From: Acidobacteriaceae bacterium
GTDB lineage: Bacteria > Acidobacteriota > Terriglobia > Terriglobales > Acidobacteriaceae
Assembly (NCBI GenBank): GCA_025462735.1
Contig: JAOAPC010000003.1
Coordinates: forward strand, 144,391 to 208,390
Reading direction: 5' to 3'
DNA: 64,000 nucleotides
Shown here: in pieces, positions 35,756-45,007 of the stretch
Numbering within the stretch: the stretch's first letter is position 1
How the letters are laid out: each line of letters begins with the position of its first letter
The notes under the pieces: model-generated
The model's database searches: none
What the model saw: only the letters and a program-made list of their open reading frames with translations
What the model was told of the DNA's origin: nothing
Position numbers and translations under genes: made by a program

Positions 35756-38065
35756 CTACCTGCGAATTTGTTGCGGAGACAACGTTTCCTGGATTGCGAC
35801 CTTCTCGCCTTCTTCGACGTTGATCACGCGATGCAAGGTGCGATAGCCGGACATGGCGATATCAATCTCGTAGGTCCCAGGGTTGAGATAGAAGTCGTAC
35901 GGCGCGGTTTTGTCGAGCACGCGCTGGTTAACCATGATCTGCGCGCCTTTGGGCTGGGTCTTGATGCTCACAATTCCCATGCTCGATCCACCGCCGCCGC
36001 GCGCAAAGACTTTCTTGAATTTTCCGCCCGCACCGCGAATTTCGTCAGTGTTTCCCAGGCGCTTGAGCGAGACATTAACATTTGCGGCCTGTCCGGCCTG
36101 GACGTTCGCCGTGCTCGTCTCTTCCAAAAACCCAGAGCGCCGCACGAGGACGGTGTGCGTGCCGGGCTTGTCGAACGAGAACAGCGTAGGCGTCAGCCGG
36201 CCAGTGTCGCGACCATCGATCACAATGGCGCCGCCCGCGGGAGTGCTCGAGACCATCAAGGTGGTTGTGGTTGCGGTCGCGACTGAACTCAGTTGCAGCC
36301 CAACCGACGAAGTACCTGCCCGCAGCTTAATCGTACGGCTCTGAGAAGTGAACCCTGCCTTGCTGGCAGAGACGACGTGCTTGCCGGGCGCGATGTCGGT
36401 AAGGGTGCACGGACTTTGGCACAACGGGCTGCCGTCAAAAGCGATCTGTGCGCCGGCTGGTACCGAGGAAACAGTGAGCTGTGCCACGCGAGCGGCGGCG
36501 GCGTGCTTTTTTGCCTGGTTCCGTGAAGTTGCCGGTGGTTCGGGTTGCTCCTCAACCGTCAGGGTCGGCTTCGGTTCGATTGGCGCAGGCTGGGCCACCT
36601 CGCCCTGAGCAGGCGCAGGATTCGGCGCAGCCGATGCAGGATTCACTGGTGACGAAGGAGCAATACGTTTCGCGGGAGCAGTCTGGACCGCCGCGACATT
36701 CGGACGGTCACCGTCTTTGTCTCGGCTATCGTGGTCTTGCAAGTAATTGTGCAGCGCCATTCCGGACACGATTATGGCAATAAGCAGGCCAGCGCTGCCT
36801 ACCCCATAGATGTAAAGCTTCGGCGGCAGCTTGCGCATTTCGGCCACGGCCATTTGCGCCACTTCGCGGAGCGGAATCTGCGGCTTCTCCGCCGCAGATT
36901 TCTTTTTAGCATCTGCTTGCAGCGGCTCAACCGGCTCCGACTCTTCCGAGGATGGCTCGGGCGATATAGAAGGAACAAAGACCTCTTTGAGCGGCGGAAG
37001 TTCAGCAAGTTCAGAGAAGGTCAGCTTGCTGCCAACTGCTGGGCTGCTGTCATCGGTGTCAGCGACAAGCGGATCGACCGAAAACGCGGGTTTAGCGGAC
37101 GCTTTTGCCGCGGCCGGAGCGGCAGAGGCGGCCGGCTTGGGCGATACTTTGACAACCGGACTCGGGCCAGGGCCGGGTTTGGCTGCGACACCTGCGGAAG
37201 CACTCGCGGCTTGAACCTTCGGTCTTGCCGGCGCCTTCGGAGCAACAGGGTTTGCAGTGGCATTGCACTGCTCGAGCGCCTTTACCAATTCCAGGCCGCT
37301 CTGAAAACGATTGTCTGGCGATTTCGAAATCGCCTTCATAATCAATGCGCTCAGACTTGGCGTGAGACTCGGTTTAATTCGATGTGGCAGCGGCGGGACA
37401 GTTTCCAAAATGGCGGCGCGGATTTGCTCCGCCGTTTCTCCGGCGAAGGCTTTGCGCTCGGTGGCCATCTCATAAAGAATCGCCCCCAGGCCGAAGAGCG
37501 CGGAACGATGATCACAGGCTTCGCCTCGTAACTGTTCGGGCGAAATATAATGGAGTATTTCGGGGACGATAGAAGAGGACGTGCTGGCAAGACCATTCAT
37601 CGACGAAATGCCGAAGCCGAGCACCTTTACCATTCCATCCCACTGGACCATGATCTTCGCCGGCTCCATCGAGTGGTGAACAACTTTGTGCACTTGCGCA
37701 TGGTCAAGGGCGTGGCAGACTTGCCGCGCGATGTCTTGCAGGTCCCAGACAGAAAAGCCGTCTTTGCGCGCGAGGGTGGTAGCGACGGAATTGCCCTGCA
37801 CATATTCAGATCCGGCAAGCAGCTGACCGTCTTCATCGCCCACACCATAAAGCGACGCGATATTGTGACTGTTGAGCGGTTTTGAGCGGTCGGCTTCTTC
37901 GAAGACCGCCTTCACCAGATCGTCGCGGTCCGGCAGATTATTTAGCGACGCGACTTTCAGGGCGAGCGTCTGTTTGGTCTCAGGATCCAGCGCCTTGTAC
38001 ACGGTCGCGAAAGACGACTGCGTTACCTGACTGACGATCTCGAAACGTCCAATTTGCTTGGGCAT
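35756..38065 (-). CDS. Ser/Thr protein kinase with TM segment and three C-terminal PEGA domains
   Basis: Start at MPKQIGRFEIV. Hanks kinase motifs (ALKV, HHSMEPAKIMV, YISPEQ), an Ala/Pro-rich linker, one TM, and 3 units of VSS.PAGA.I..DG...G.TP. Confidence 0.9.
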   Translation of the reverse strand: MPKQIGRFEIVSQVTQSSFATVYKALDPETKQTLALKVASLNNLPDRDDLVKAVFEEADRSKPLNSHNIASLYGVGDEDGQLLAGSEYVQGNSVATTLARKDGFSVWDLQDIARQVCHALDHAQVHKVVHHSMEPAKIMVQWDGMVKVLGFGISSMNGLASTSSSIVPEILHYISPEQLRGEACDHRSALFGLGAILYEMATERKAFAGETAEQIRAAILETVPPLPHRIKPSLTPSLSALIMKAISKSPDNRFQSGLELVKALEQCNATANPVAPKAPARPKVQAASASAGVAAKPGPGPSPVVKVSPKPAASAAPAAAKASAKPAFSVDPLVADTDDSSPAVGSKLTFSELAELPPLKEVFVPSISPEPSSEESEPVEPLQADAKKKSAAEKPQIPLREVAQMAVAEMRKLPPKLYIYGVGSAGLLIAIIVSGMALHNYLQDHDSRDKDGDRPNVAAVQTAPAKRIAPSSPVNPASAAPNPAPAQGEVAQPAPIEPKPTLTVEEQPEPPATSRNQAKKHAAAARVAQLTVSSVPAGAQIAFDGSPLCQSPCTLTDIAPGKHVVSASKAGFTSQSRTIKLRAGTSSVGLQLSSVATATTTTLMVSSTPAGGAIVIDGRDTGRLTPTLFSFDKPGTHTVLVRRSGFLEETSTANVQAGQAANVNVSLKRLGNTDEIRGAGGKFKKVFARGGGGSSMGIVSIKTQPKGAQIMVNQRVLDKTAPYDFYLNPGTYEIDIAMSGYRTLHRVINVEEGEKVAIQETLSPQQIRR
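35771..35808. repeat. direct repeat copy 2 (functional 3' end of the kinase CDS)
   Basis: ttgcggagacaacgtttcctggattgcgaccttctcgc. It encodes ..GEKVAIQETLSPQ.. on the minus strand. Confidence 0.85.
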
Positions 38066-38207
38066 TGTGATTCGCCGCAGCTCAATAGTCGGAGAGCTGC
38101 TCACTAGGGAATAATAAGTTCTAGTGCGGTCGAGGCGGGAATTACCGAAGTACCTAAGCCCCCAGCAGCCCTGACCCACCTGCGGTCAGGCGCAAACAAA
38201 GGCAGCG

Positions 38208-38372
38208 GTTAGCTTCTAGCTTCTAGCTGCTCGCATGACGATCAAACCCACGAGGCCGACGTCCCGCCCAACCTTGACTGAAACTTAGGCCGTTCGCTTT
38301 GCGTATATAAAGACACGATGGATCTTGGCGGAAGCGGTTGCTAAAAGCTAAGAGCTAATAGCTAGAAGCTGC
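38208..38372. repeat. inverted pair of 7-nt periodic arrays (AGCTTCT / GCTAAGA)
   Basis: Left arm: agcttct agcttct agctgct. Right arm 38338-38372: gctaaaa gctaaga gctaata gctagaa gctg. The arms are about 105 nt apart, in the divergent kinase/ABC spacer. Confidence 0.8.
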
Positions 38373-38537
38373 ACGTGACAAATGTCAGGAGCTGCAACTG
38401 ACGATCTGCACTGGCAAGTTAAAGCACGGTGAACGATTGTAAGAACGGTTGTTGAGCGACAATTGATCGGCTATGCTGTGTGTCTACTTCCAGGCGTACA
38501 TTCACAGCTTTAGCGTAAGTTTTCCCGGAGTTCGAGC

Positions 38538-39680
38538 ATGACGCTAACCAGTTTTGTCCGCAAGAACGCTTTTCGTAACTTGCGCCGCAGCATTCTGACC
38601 GTGCTGAGCATCGGCTTCTCCCTGCTGTTGCTCACGCTGATGATGGCGATCTGGCGCAACTTCTACATGGAGAAGGGCAGCGAGGAATCGGCCCTGCGGC
38701 TGGTCACGCGGCACAAAGTGTCACTGGTCTTTTCCATGCCCAGCTACTATCGGGAAAAGATCAGGGCGATTCCGGGAGTTGCGGTCGTGGTTCCAGGAAA
38801 TTGGTTTGGTGGCGTGTACAAGGACGACAAGTCGGGTAACTTTTTCGCGCAGTTTGGCACCGACCCCGACGAGTTCTTCAAAGTTTACAAAGAGTGGAAG
38901 ATTCCTGATGACCAGATCACCGCCTGGCAGCGCGATCGCGCGGGCGCCGTAGTGGACAGCGAACTGGCAAAGAAATACGGCTGGAAAATCGGACAACGGA
39001 TCATCATTACTGGGACAATTTTTCCTACCAACCTTGAACTGAATATCCGCGGGCTTTTCACCGCGCCCCAACCGACCCAGGCGGTCTATTTCAACCAAAA
39101 GTATGTGGAAGAAGCCGTGCCCTTTATGAAAGGGCAACAGGGGTTCTACACCATTCTTGCCTCGTCCGCCGCTGATGTGCCCAAGGTGAACCGGGCAGTT
39201 GATGACACATTCCGCAACTCGCCGCAACCGACCAAGACGGAGACCGAGAAGGCCTTCCAGCTTGGTTTCCTGGCCATGCTGGGGAACGTGAAGGCGTTCA
39301 TACTAAGTATCTGCGGAGCGGTGGTGTTTGCCATTCTGCTGGTCTCCGCTAATACCATGGCCATGTCTATTCGCGAACGTACGCGAGAAGTTGCGGTGCT
39401 CAAGACCCTGGGATTTACCCGGGGCACTGTCTTGGGCTTGTTCGTCGGAGAAGCAGTGGTGTTGGCTCTCATCGGCGGAATAGGTGGCTCCGTGGTGGCC
39501 TACCTTATTGGGATGGGCGCGGCCAAAGCTGGCGGTTTTGCCGGAGCCTTGCACGTAAAGGTGGCCACCATGGCGGTGGCCTGGGCGGCTGCAGCCTTCA
39601 TGGGCTTTTTCAGCGCGCTGGTCCCGTCGTATACCGCGTCGCGGTTGGGCATAGTAGACGGCTTGCGTCACATCGGCTAA
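38538..39680 (+). CDS. ABC transporter permease, FtsX/MacB-type
   Basis: 380 aa. N-terminal TM, a large periplasmic domain, and a C-terminal FtsX 3-TM bundle (REVAVLKTLGFTRG). Confidence 0.88.
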   Translation: MTLTSFVRKNAFRNLRRSILTVLSIGFSLLLLTLMMAIWRNFYMEKGSEESALRLVTRHKVSLVFSMPSYYREKIRAIPGVAVVVPGNWFGGVYKDDKSGNFFAQFGTDPDEFFKVYKEWKIPDDQITAWQRDRAGAVVDSELAKKYGWKIGQRIIITGTIFPTNLELNIRGLFTAPQPTQAVYFNQKYVEEAVPFMKGQQGFYTILASSAADVPKVNRAVDDTFRNSPQPTKTETEKAFQLGFLAMLGNVKAFILSICGAVVFAILLVSANTMAMSIRERTREVAVLKTLGFTRGTVLGLFVGEAVVLALIGGIGGSVVAYLIGMGAAKAGGFAGALHVKVATMAVAWAAAAFMGFFSALVPSYTASRLGIVDGLRHIG

Positions 39681-39690
39681 GCGGAAACTT

Positions 39691-40857
39691 ATGGCGATAC
39701 CTATCAGCTACAACATACGGAACCTGAAACTTCGCAAAGGCCTGACTGTCATGACCGCGCTGGGCATTGCGCTGACCGTGACCACCGCTCTGTTCATCAT
39801 GGCGCTGCTGGCGGGCCTGCAAAAGGCCTTCAAGACCACTGGCAATCCGCTGAACGTTATGGTGGTGCGTAAAGGATCAACCAGCGAGTTGACGGGGCCA
39901 TTTCCCGCCGACAATTTCGGGACCTTGAAGACGCTGCCGGGAATCGCCAAGAACGCCGCGGGCGAGCCATTAGTCTCTGGAGAAACCGTCGTAGTGATTG
40001 TGCTGCCGCGTGCCGATGGCTCCGGCGAGGTTAACGTTTCTGTGCGCGGCATGATGCAGAACGGCCTGGCGCTTCGCGGCGGAGTGAAGCTGGCCCAGGG
40101 ACGATGGTTTACTCCGGGACAGCGCGAAGTGGTGGTGAGCGAGAGTATTCACAAGCGCTTCTCCCACGCCAATGTTGGCGACACCATGGAATTCGGGAAA
40201 GGCTCCTGGCAGGTCGTGGGCATCTTCGACGCAGGCGGCACCGCCTACGAATCGGAGGTTTGGGGCGATGTGAATCAGATGAACTCAGACTTCGACCGCC
40301 AGGGCGTTTACAGCTCCGCCTACCTCCGGGCAACTGACCCAGTTGCAGCGGCAGCGCTCAAAAACCGTGTAGGCGATGATCAGCGGTTGAAGCTGGATGG
40401 TTCGCTCGAGACTGAATACTACGCAAAGCAGACCAGTTCGGGCAGCGTGATTAAGTTCATTGGATTGCTGGTGGCGGCGATCATGGCCATTGGATCGAGC
40501 TTTGCCGCGATGAACACGATGTATGCGGCGGTTGCGTATCGCTCGCGCGAGATCGCCACCTTGCGGGTGATTGGATTTTCGCGTCCGAGCATTTTGACGT
40601 CATTTGTTTTCGAGGCGGTACTGCTTTCCTTGTTGGGTGCAGCGGTCGGCATCGTACTGATGCTGCCGTTCAACGGCATGACGACTGGAACCTCGAATCA
40701 GGTGACGTTCAGCGAGGTTGTGTTTAGCCTGCAGGTGTGGTCTCCGTGGGTTATCGGGAGTGCTGTGCTGTTTGCAATAGTCATGGGCTTAGCCGGCGGA
40801 ATCTTCCCCGCGTGGCACGCCTCGCGCCGGGAGATACTGGCTGCATTGCGCGACTGA
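39691..40857 (+). CDS. ABC transporter permease, FtsX/MacB-type (second paralog)
   Basis: 388 aa with the same architecture (REIATLRVIGFSRP). Confidence 0.88.
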   Translation: MAIPISYNIRNLKLRKGLTVMTALGIALTVTTALFIMALLAGLQKAFKTTGNPLNVMVVRKGSTSELTGPFPADNFGTLKTLPGIAKNAAGEPLVSGETVVVIVLPRADGSGEVNVSVRGMMQNGLALRGGVKLAQGRWFTPGQREVVVSESIHKRFSHANVGDTMEFGKGSWQVVGIFDAGGTAYESEVWGDVNQMNSDFDRQGVYSSAYLRATDPVAAAALKNRVGDDQRLKLDGSLETEYYAKQTSSGSVIKFIGLLVAAIMAIGSSFAAMNTMYAAVAYRSREIATLRVIGFSRPSILTSFVFEAVLLSLLGAAVGIVLMLPFNGMTTGTSNQVTFSEVVFSLQVWSPWVIGSAVLFAIVMGLAGGIFPAWHASRREILAALRD

Positions 40858-40893
40858 TGTAAGCAGCTTCTTCAGGCAGTAAGAACTTGAAAT

Positions 40894-42255
40894 ATGGCAA
40901 TCGACACTAAACACGATCAACTGCAAGGCCTGCGGATAGACCGCTCAGCGCGCAATGAGGGCGGAGAGGCGTCTCCCTGGGCCCGTCGCTACATCATTGC
41001 TGGAATTTCGGCGGTCGTGTTGCTCAGCCTTGCGGCGCTGGCCTATCGATTCTTCTACGGCGATGTTGCCGAAGTGGAAGTGGCCCGAACAACGGTCGAA
41101 AGCAGCGGTGGCAGTAGCGCTGGCACGGTCCTTGCGGCTACGGGCTATATCGTGGCTCACCACAAGATCGAGGCCAACTCCAAAGTTACTGGCCGCGTGG
41201 CCTGGATTGGGGTCGAGAAGGGTGACAAGGTCAAGGAAGGCCAAGTGCTGGTCCGTTTAGAAGATCAAGAGTTCAGGGCCCAATACGACCAGGCTCGCGG
41301 TGCCGCAGAAAGCGCGCGTGCCCAGCTGGAACAACTGCAGCATGGCTCGCGCCCAGAGGAAATCCAGCAAACCGAACACAACCTGAACGAAGCCCGAGCA
41401 ACTGCGGCGAACGACAAGACCACTCTCGACCGCACACGGAACCTGGTTGCTGGAGGGGTACTCTCGCAGCAGGCGCTGGATGATGCGGCGGCGAAATATG
41501 AGTCCAGTCAGCAGCGCGTGAACTCGTTGCAGCAGAGCTATCAACTTTCTAAGCTCGGTCCGCGTGCCGAAGAGATCGCGCGCGCCCAAGGCGCTCTCAC
41601 TCAGGCGGAAGGACAAGCCGCATACGCCAAATCACAGCTGGATGCTACGGTAATTCGCGCCCCGATCAACGGCACCATCCTGGACCGCAGCGTAGAGAAG
41701 GGTGAGCTCCTCACCGGACAATTTGCCAGCGCGGCGCGGCCAGTGTTCTCCCTGGCGAATCTCAACGATCTTCAAGTGGAATTAGATATTGCTCAGGATG
41801 ACTTTGCGAGACTTGGTCCGAAGCAGAAGGGCGAAGTCACCGTCGATGCCTTCCCCGATCGCAAATACCAGGGCGAGATAGCTGAGATTTCTCCCGAAGC
41901 AAACCGGCAGAAAGCCACAGTGCAGGTCAAGGTCCAGGTACTGAATCCTGACGGGTATCTGCGGCCGGAAATGAACTCCACGGTAAAGTTTCTGGCCGAT
42001 GAGCCTAAAGCACAGGGTGCGAGTGCCGGACCGGCAGGAGTGTTCGTACCCTCCCCGGCGCTCCGCGAGCACGAAGGCAAGAAAATAGTCTTTCTCGCCT
42101 TCAACGGTAAGGCAATGCAGCGCGAGGTACGAGTGAGAGCGCAACGCAGCGGCGGAGTACTGGTCGAGGGCTTGAATGGCGGGGAAGATGTAATTACCAC
42201 CGCCCCGCAAACTTTGAAAGACGGCGACAAAATCAAGATCAAGGGACAATCATGA
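40894..42255 (+). CDS. efflux transporter periplasmic adaptor (HlyD/MFP family)
   Basis: 453 aa. N-terminal TM, lipoyl-like halves flanking a long coiled coil, and a beta-barrel C-terminus. Confidence 0.88.
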   Translation: MAIDTKHDQLQGLRIDRSARNEGGEASPWARRYIIAGISAVVLLSLAALAYRFFYGDVAEVEVARTTVESSGGSSAGTVLAATGYIVAHHKIEANSKVTGRVAWIGVEKGDKVKEGQVLVRLEDQEFRAQYDQARGAAESARAQLEQLQHGSRPEEIQQTEHNLNEARATAANDKTTLDRTRNLVAGGVLSQQALDDAAAKYESSQQRVNSLQQSYQLSKLGPRAEEIARAQGALTQAEGQAAYAKSQLDATVIRAPINGTILDRSVEKGELLTGQFASAARPVFSLANLNDLQVELDIAQDDFARLGPKQKGEVTVDAFPDRKYQGEIAEISPEANRQKATVQVKVQVLNPDGYLRPEMNSTVKFLADEPKAQGASAGPAGVFVPSPALREHEGKKIVFLAFNGKAMQREVRVRAQRSGGVLVEGLNGGEDVITTAPQTLKDGDKIKIKGQS

Positions 42256-42962
42256 GCACTGCTACTGTACCGAACATTGCTACCAAGACGAAGGTTATTC
42301 AGGCGCGAAACGTCAGCAAAGTTTTCACGCGGGACGCGTTTCAAGTTAAGGCGCTGGACAACGTCTCGATCGAGATCGCGGGAGGGGACTTTGTCGCGCT
42401 AATGGGGCCTTCAGGCTCAGGTAAGACGACGCTGCTGAATATGATCGCCGCCATTGACCGGCCGACCGCGGGAGAGCTTCTGGTCCTGGGCCAGAACATA
42501 TTCACCTTCAGCGACTCCCAGTCGGCGAAGTGGCGAAACGAGCACATCGGCTACGTATTCCAGACTTTCAATCTGATACCGGTGCTGACGGCATTTGAAA
42601 ATGTCGAGCTGCCTCTATTGCTCACGAAATTGAACTCACAGCAACGCCGCGATCACGTGATGACGGCGCTGAAGCTCGTAGGCCTCGAAGATCGCGTCCA
42701 TCACCTGCCTAAGCAGCTCTCCGGCGGACAAGAACAACGCGTGGCAATTGCGCGGGCGATTGTCAGCGATCCAACTTTACTTCTCGCCGACGAACCTACT
42801 GGAGACCTCGACAGCAACTCGGCCACGGAAGTGCTCGAGATTCTAAGGCGGCTGAATCAGGATTTTCATAAGACCGTAATCATGGTGACGCACGATCCGC
42901 ATGCGGCTTCTTATGCGCATGTGACCCGGCATCTCGAAAAGGGCATGCTGCTACCGGCTTGA
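42252..42962 (+). CDS. ABC transporter ATP-binding protein (MacB/LolD-like)
   Basis: 236 aa. [35 protein letters not shown]. 4-nt overlap with the MFP gene. Confidence 0.93.
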   Translation: MSTATVPNIATKTKVIQARNVSKVFTRDAFQVKALDNVSIEIAGGDFVALMGPSGSGKTTLLNMIAAIDRPTAGELLVLGQNIFTFSDSQSAKWRNEHIGYVFQTFNLIPVLTAFENVELPLLLTKLNSQQRRDHVMTALKLVGLEDRVHHLPKQLSGGQEQRVAIARAIVSDPTLLLADEPTGDLDSNSATEVLEILRRLNQDFHKTVIMVTHDPHAASYAHVTRHLEKGMLLPA

Positions 42963-42973
42963 TGTTCAAAATG

Positions 42974-42998
42974 GACGGGCGAGGACGCCCGTCGTCCA
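42974..42998. repeat. REP-like hairpin
   Basis: GGACGGGCG-agga-CGCCCGTCGTCC followed by attcttc, immediately after the ABC ATPase stop. It may act as a terminator. Confidence 0.6.
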
Positions 42999-43035
42999 TT
43001 CTTCTAGTCCCTAGTTCTAGAAATAGCGAGGTTGC

Positions 43036-43069
43036 CCCACCCTTTCGCGTCTTTTGCGAAGGGTGGGCG
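43036..43069. repeat. REP-like hairpin
   Basis: CCCACCCTTTCGC-gtctttt-GCGAAGGGTGGG. Flanked by direct cattcttcta motifs. Confidence 0.6.
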
Positions 43070-43199
43070 CCCCGACCTAGGCTCATTCTTCTAATTCCCC
43101 ACTAAAGCGCACTGAGTACACTGCCGATATAAAGCCTATGAGGCAGCACCTTGTCCCCTTGGAGCACATCCTGCACTTGGGAGCAGAGGCCCGTCCGCA

Positions 43200-44108
43200 A
43201 TGATGGCTACCCCATCGGTTCTGCGCGCCACCGGCAGCAGTGCCAACGAACGATCGGAACCGCTGATTCAGATTCGAGACCTGATTTACAAAACCGCCGG
43301 GATTTTCCAAGCCGACAATAAATTGCAGCTGCTCGAACGGCATTGCAACAAACGCATGAAGGCGTTGGGGGTGCCGACATTGCGCGACTACTACGGTTGT
43401 CTCACGGTGAATCCGATGCATCAGGCGGAGATGGTCAGCCTGCTGAACGAAGTCACGATCGGCGAAACCTTCTTCTTTCGAAATCGCCCGCAGCTCGATG
43501 CCATCCGGAAAATCGTCCTGCCGATAATTATTGATGCTAAGTCAAAGACCAGTCAGGCACCGCTGCGGATCTGGAGTGCGGGCTGCTCTACCGGAGAAGA
43601 ACCCTTCACGCTGTCGATGATGCTACTCGAAGAAACGCAAGGGACGCTCAAGGGCCGCAGCGCAGAAATCCTGGCGACCGACTTAAATGAGCGCTCCATC
43701 GCCCACGCCAAGACGGGCTGCTACGCCGATCACAGCACCCGCCACCTTGAGCCGCATTTTCGTAACAAGTACTTCAACATCTCCGGCGACAAATTGCAGG
43801 TAAAGCCCGAAGTGCAGGCGAATGTCAGCTTCAGCCGGCTCAATCTGCTCGACGATTCGCGAATGCTGTTTGCGAAGGGTATGGACCTGATCCTGTGCTG
43901 CAACGTACTCATCTACTTCGACGCCGCTTCGAAAAGGCGGGTGATCGAGCACTTTTATCGCAACCTGCTGCCGCATGGATATTTGTTACTGGGACACTCC
44001 GAATCGCTATTCGGGATCAGTGAAGATTTCCGGCTGGTGCACATGCCGTCCGCTACCGCCTACGTAAAGTCGGGGAAAGATGCGGCGGATTCGCCGAGGC
44101 AGCCATGA
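43200..44108 (+). CDS. cheR: chemotaxis protein methyltransferase CheR
   Basis: 302 aa. ETFFFRN and a SAM-binding IWSAGCSTGEEPFTL..CNVLIYFD. Confidence 0.92.
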   Translation: MMATPSVLRATGSSANERSEPLIQIRDLIYKTAGIFQADNKLQLLERHCNKRMKALGVPTLRDYYGCLTVNPMHQAEMVSLLNEVTIGETFFFRNRPQLDAIRKIVLPIIIDAKSKTSQAPLRIWSAGCSTGEEPFTLSMMLLEETQGTLKGRSAEILATDLNERSIAHAKTGCYADHSTRHLEPHFRNKYFNISGDKLQVKPEVQANVSFSRLNLLDDSRMLFAKGMDLILCCNVLIYFDAASKRRVIEHFYRNLLPHGYLLLGHSESLFGISEDFRLVHMPSATAYVKSGKDAADSPRQP

Positions 44109-45007
44109 GCGTCGCGACTGCAAGCCACATTCTCGAAAAACTGGAATTCACTCGCGACCTGCCCACGGTGCCGGTTGTGCTGATGCGGCTGCTCCGGTAT
44201 ATGGAGAAACCATTGGACCAGGTCGATGTGGCTCAGATCGTGAACCTGATTTCGCAAGACAAATCGCTGGCGGGGCACTGCCTCCAGGTGGCAAACTCGC
44301 CCCTTTTTGGAAGTAGCCATGAGGATGAGGTAGTCAGCATTCAAGCCTCGGTAATGGCGGTGGGAGTTACCCGGATTCAACAGATCGCCGTTTCTTGTTC
44401 CCTGCTCCGATTGATGCCGACGATCTCATTTGGGTTAAATCCAGCGGTCTTCTGGGCGCACTCGTTGGGATGCGCTCTGGTATCGCGTGAGTTCGCAACC
44501 CGGATCGGTTACCCAGATCCAGCGAAAGCATACGTTGCCGGACTTCTGCATGATATCGGCATCGTAGCGCTGCTTTGGGTTGCGCCACATGATTTCCGCC
44601 GTTGCTTTGAAGAGGCGAGCCGGCACCGGATTCCCTTGCACGAAGCCGAGCAACGAGTTTTGGGGATCACACATTGTGAGAGTGGAAAAATCATCGCGCA
44701 GAATTGGCACCTGTCGCAAGAACTCACCGACGTCATTGTCGGCCATCATTCGCCCGCGATAGCGCCGAGTAGTTCCGTACTCACCAGCATTATCTCGGTA
44801 AGCGATTTGCTTTGCCGGATCGGCGGACTGGGCTACGGCTACAGCGAAGACAAGCAAACCGACTTTACGGAAGAGCCTGCATTCGCCATCCTGGCGGCGA
44901 AATATCGAGCCCTGCGGCCCTTTGACCTGGCACGTTTCACCTTTGAGACCGAGGGGCTGCTCGAAGAAGTGCGCGCAGTCGTTTCGCAGGTTTACGGAGC
45001 TCATTGA
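44105..45007 (+). CDS. HDOD domain-containing protein
   Basis: 300 aa. LPTVPVVLMRLL...LISQDKSLAGHCLQVANSPLF...GLLHDIG.. is typical of HDOD. ATGA overlap with cheR. Confidence 0.88.
   Translation: MSVATASHILEKLEFTRDLPTVPVVLMRLLRYMEKPLDQVDVAQIVNLISQDKSLAGHCLQVANSPLFGSSHEDEVVSIQASVMAVGVTRIQQIAVSCSLLRLMPTISFGLNPAVFWAHSLGCALVSREFATRIGYPDPAKAYVAGLLHDIGIVALLWVAPHDFRRCFEEASRHRIPLHEAEQRVLGITHCESGKIIAQNWHLSQELTDVIVGHHSPAIAPSSSVLTSIISVSDLLCRIGGLGYGYSEDKQTDFTEEPAFAILAAKYRALRPFDLARFTFETEGLLEEVRAVVSQVYGAH

Noticed and set aside
36731-37531. 266-aa plus-strand ORF
   Set aside because: It is antisense to the Ser/Thr kinase gene, with low-complexity Arg/Gly/Leu content.
38066-38179. N-terminal extension of the kinase ORF
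   Set aside because: The kinase domain starts at MPKQIGRFEIV, and the upstream 38 codons have no kinase or other domain features.
43161-43176. Sigma-54-like motif TGGAGC-N5-CTGCA upstream of cheR
   Set aside because: The GG/GC spacing is right, but both hexamers deviate from consensus (TGGCAC/TTGC). That is too weak to report as a feature without a TSS.
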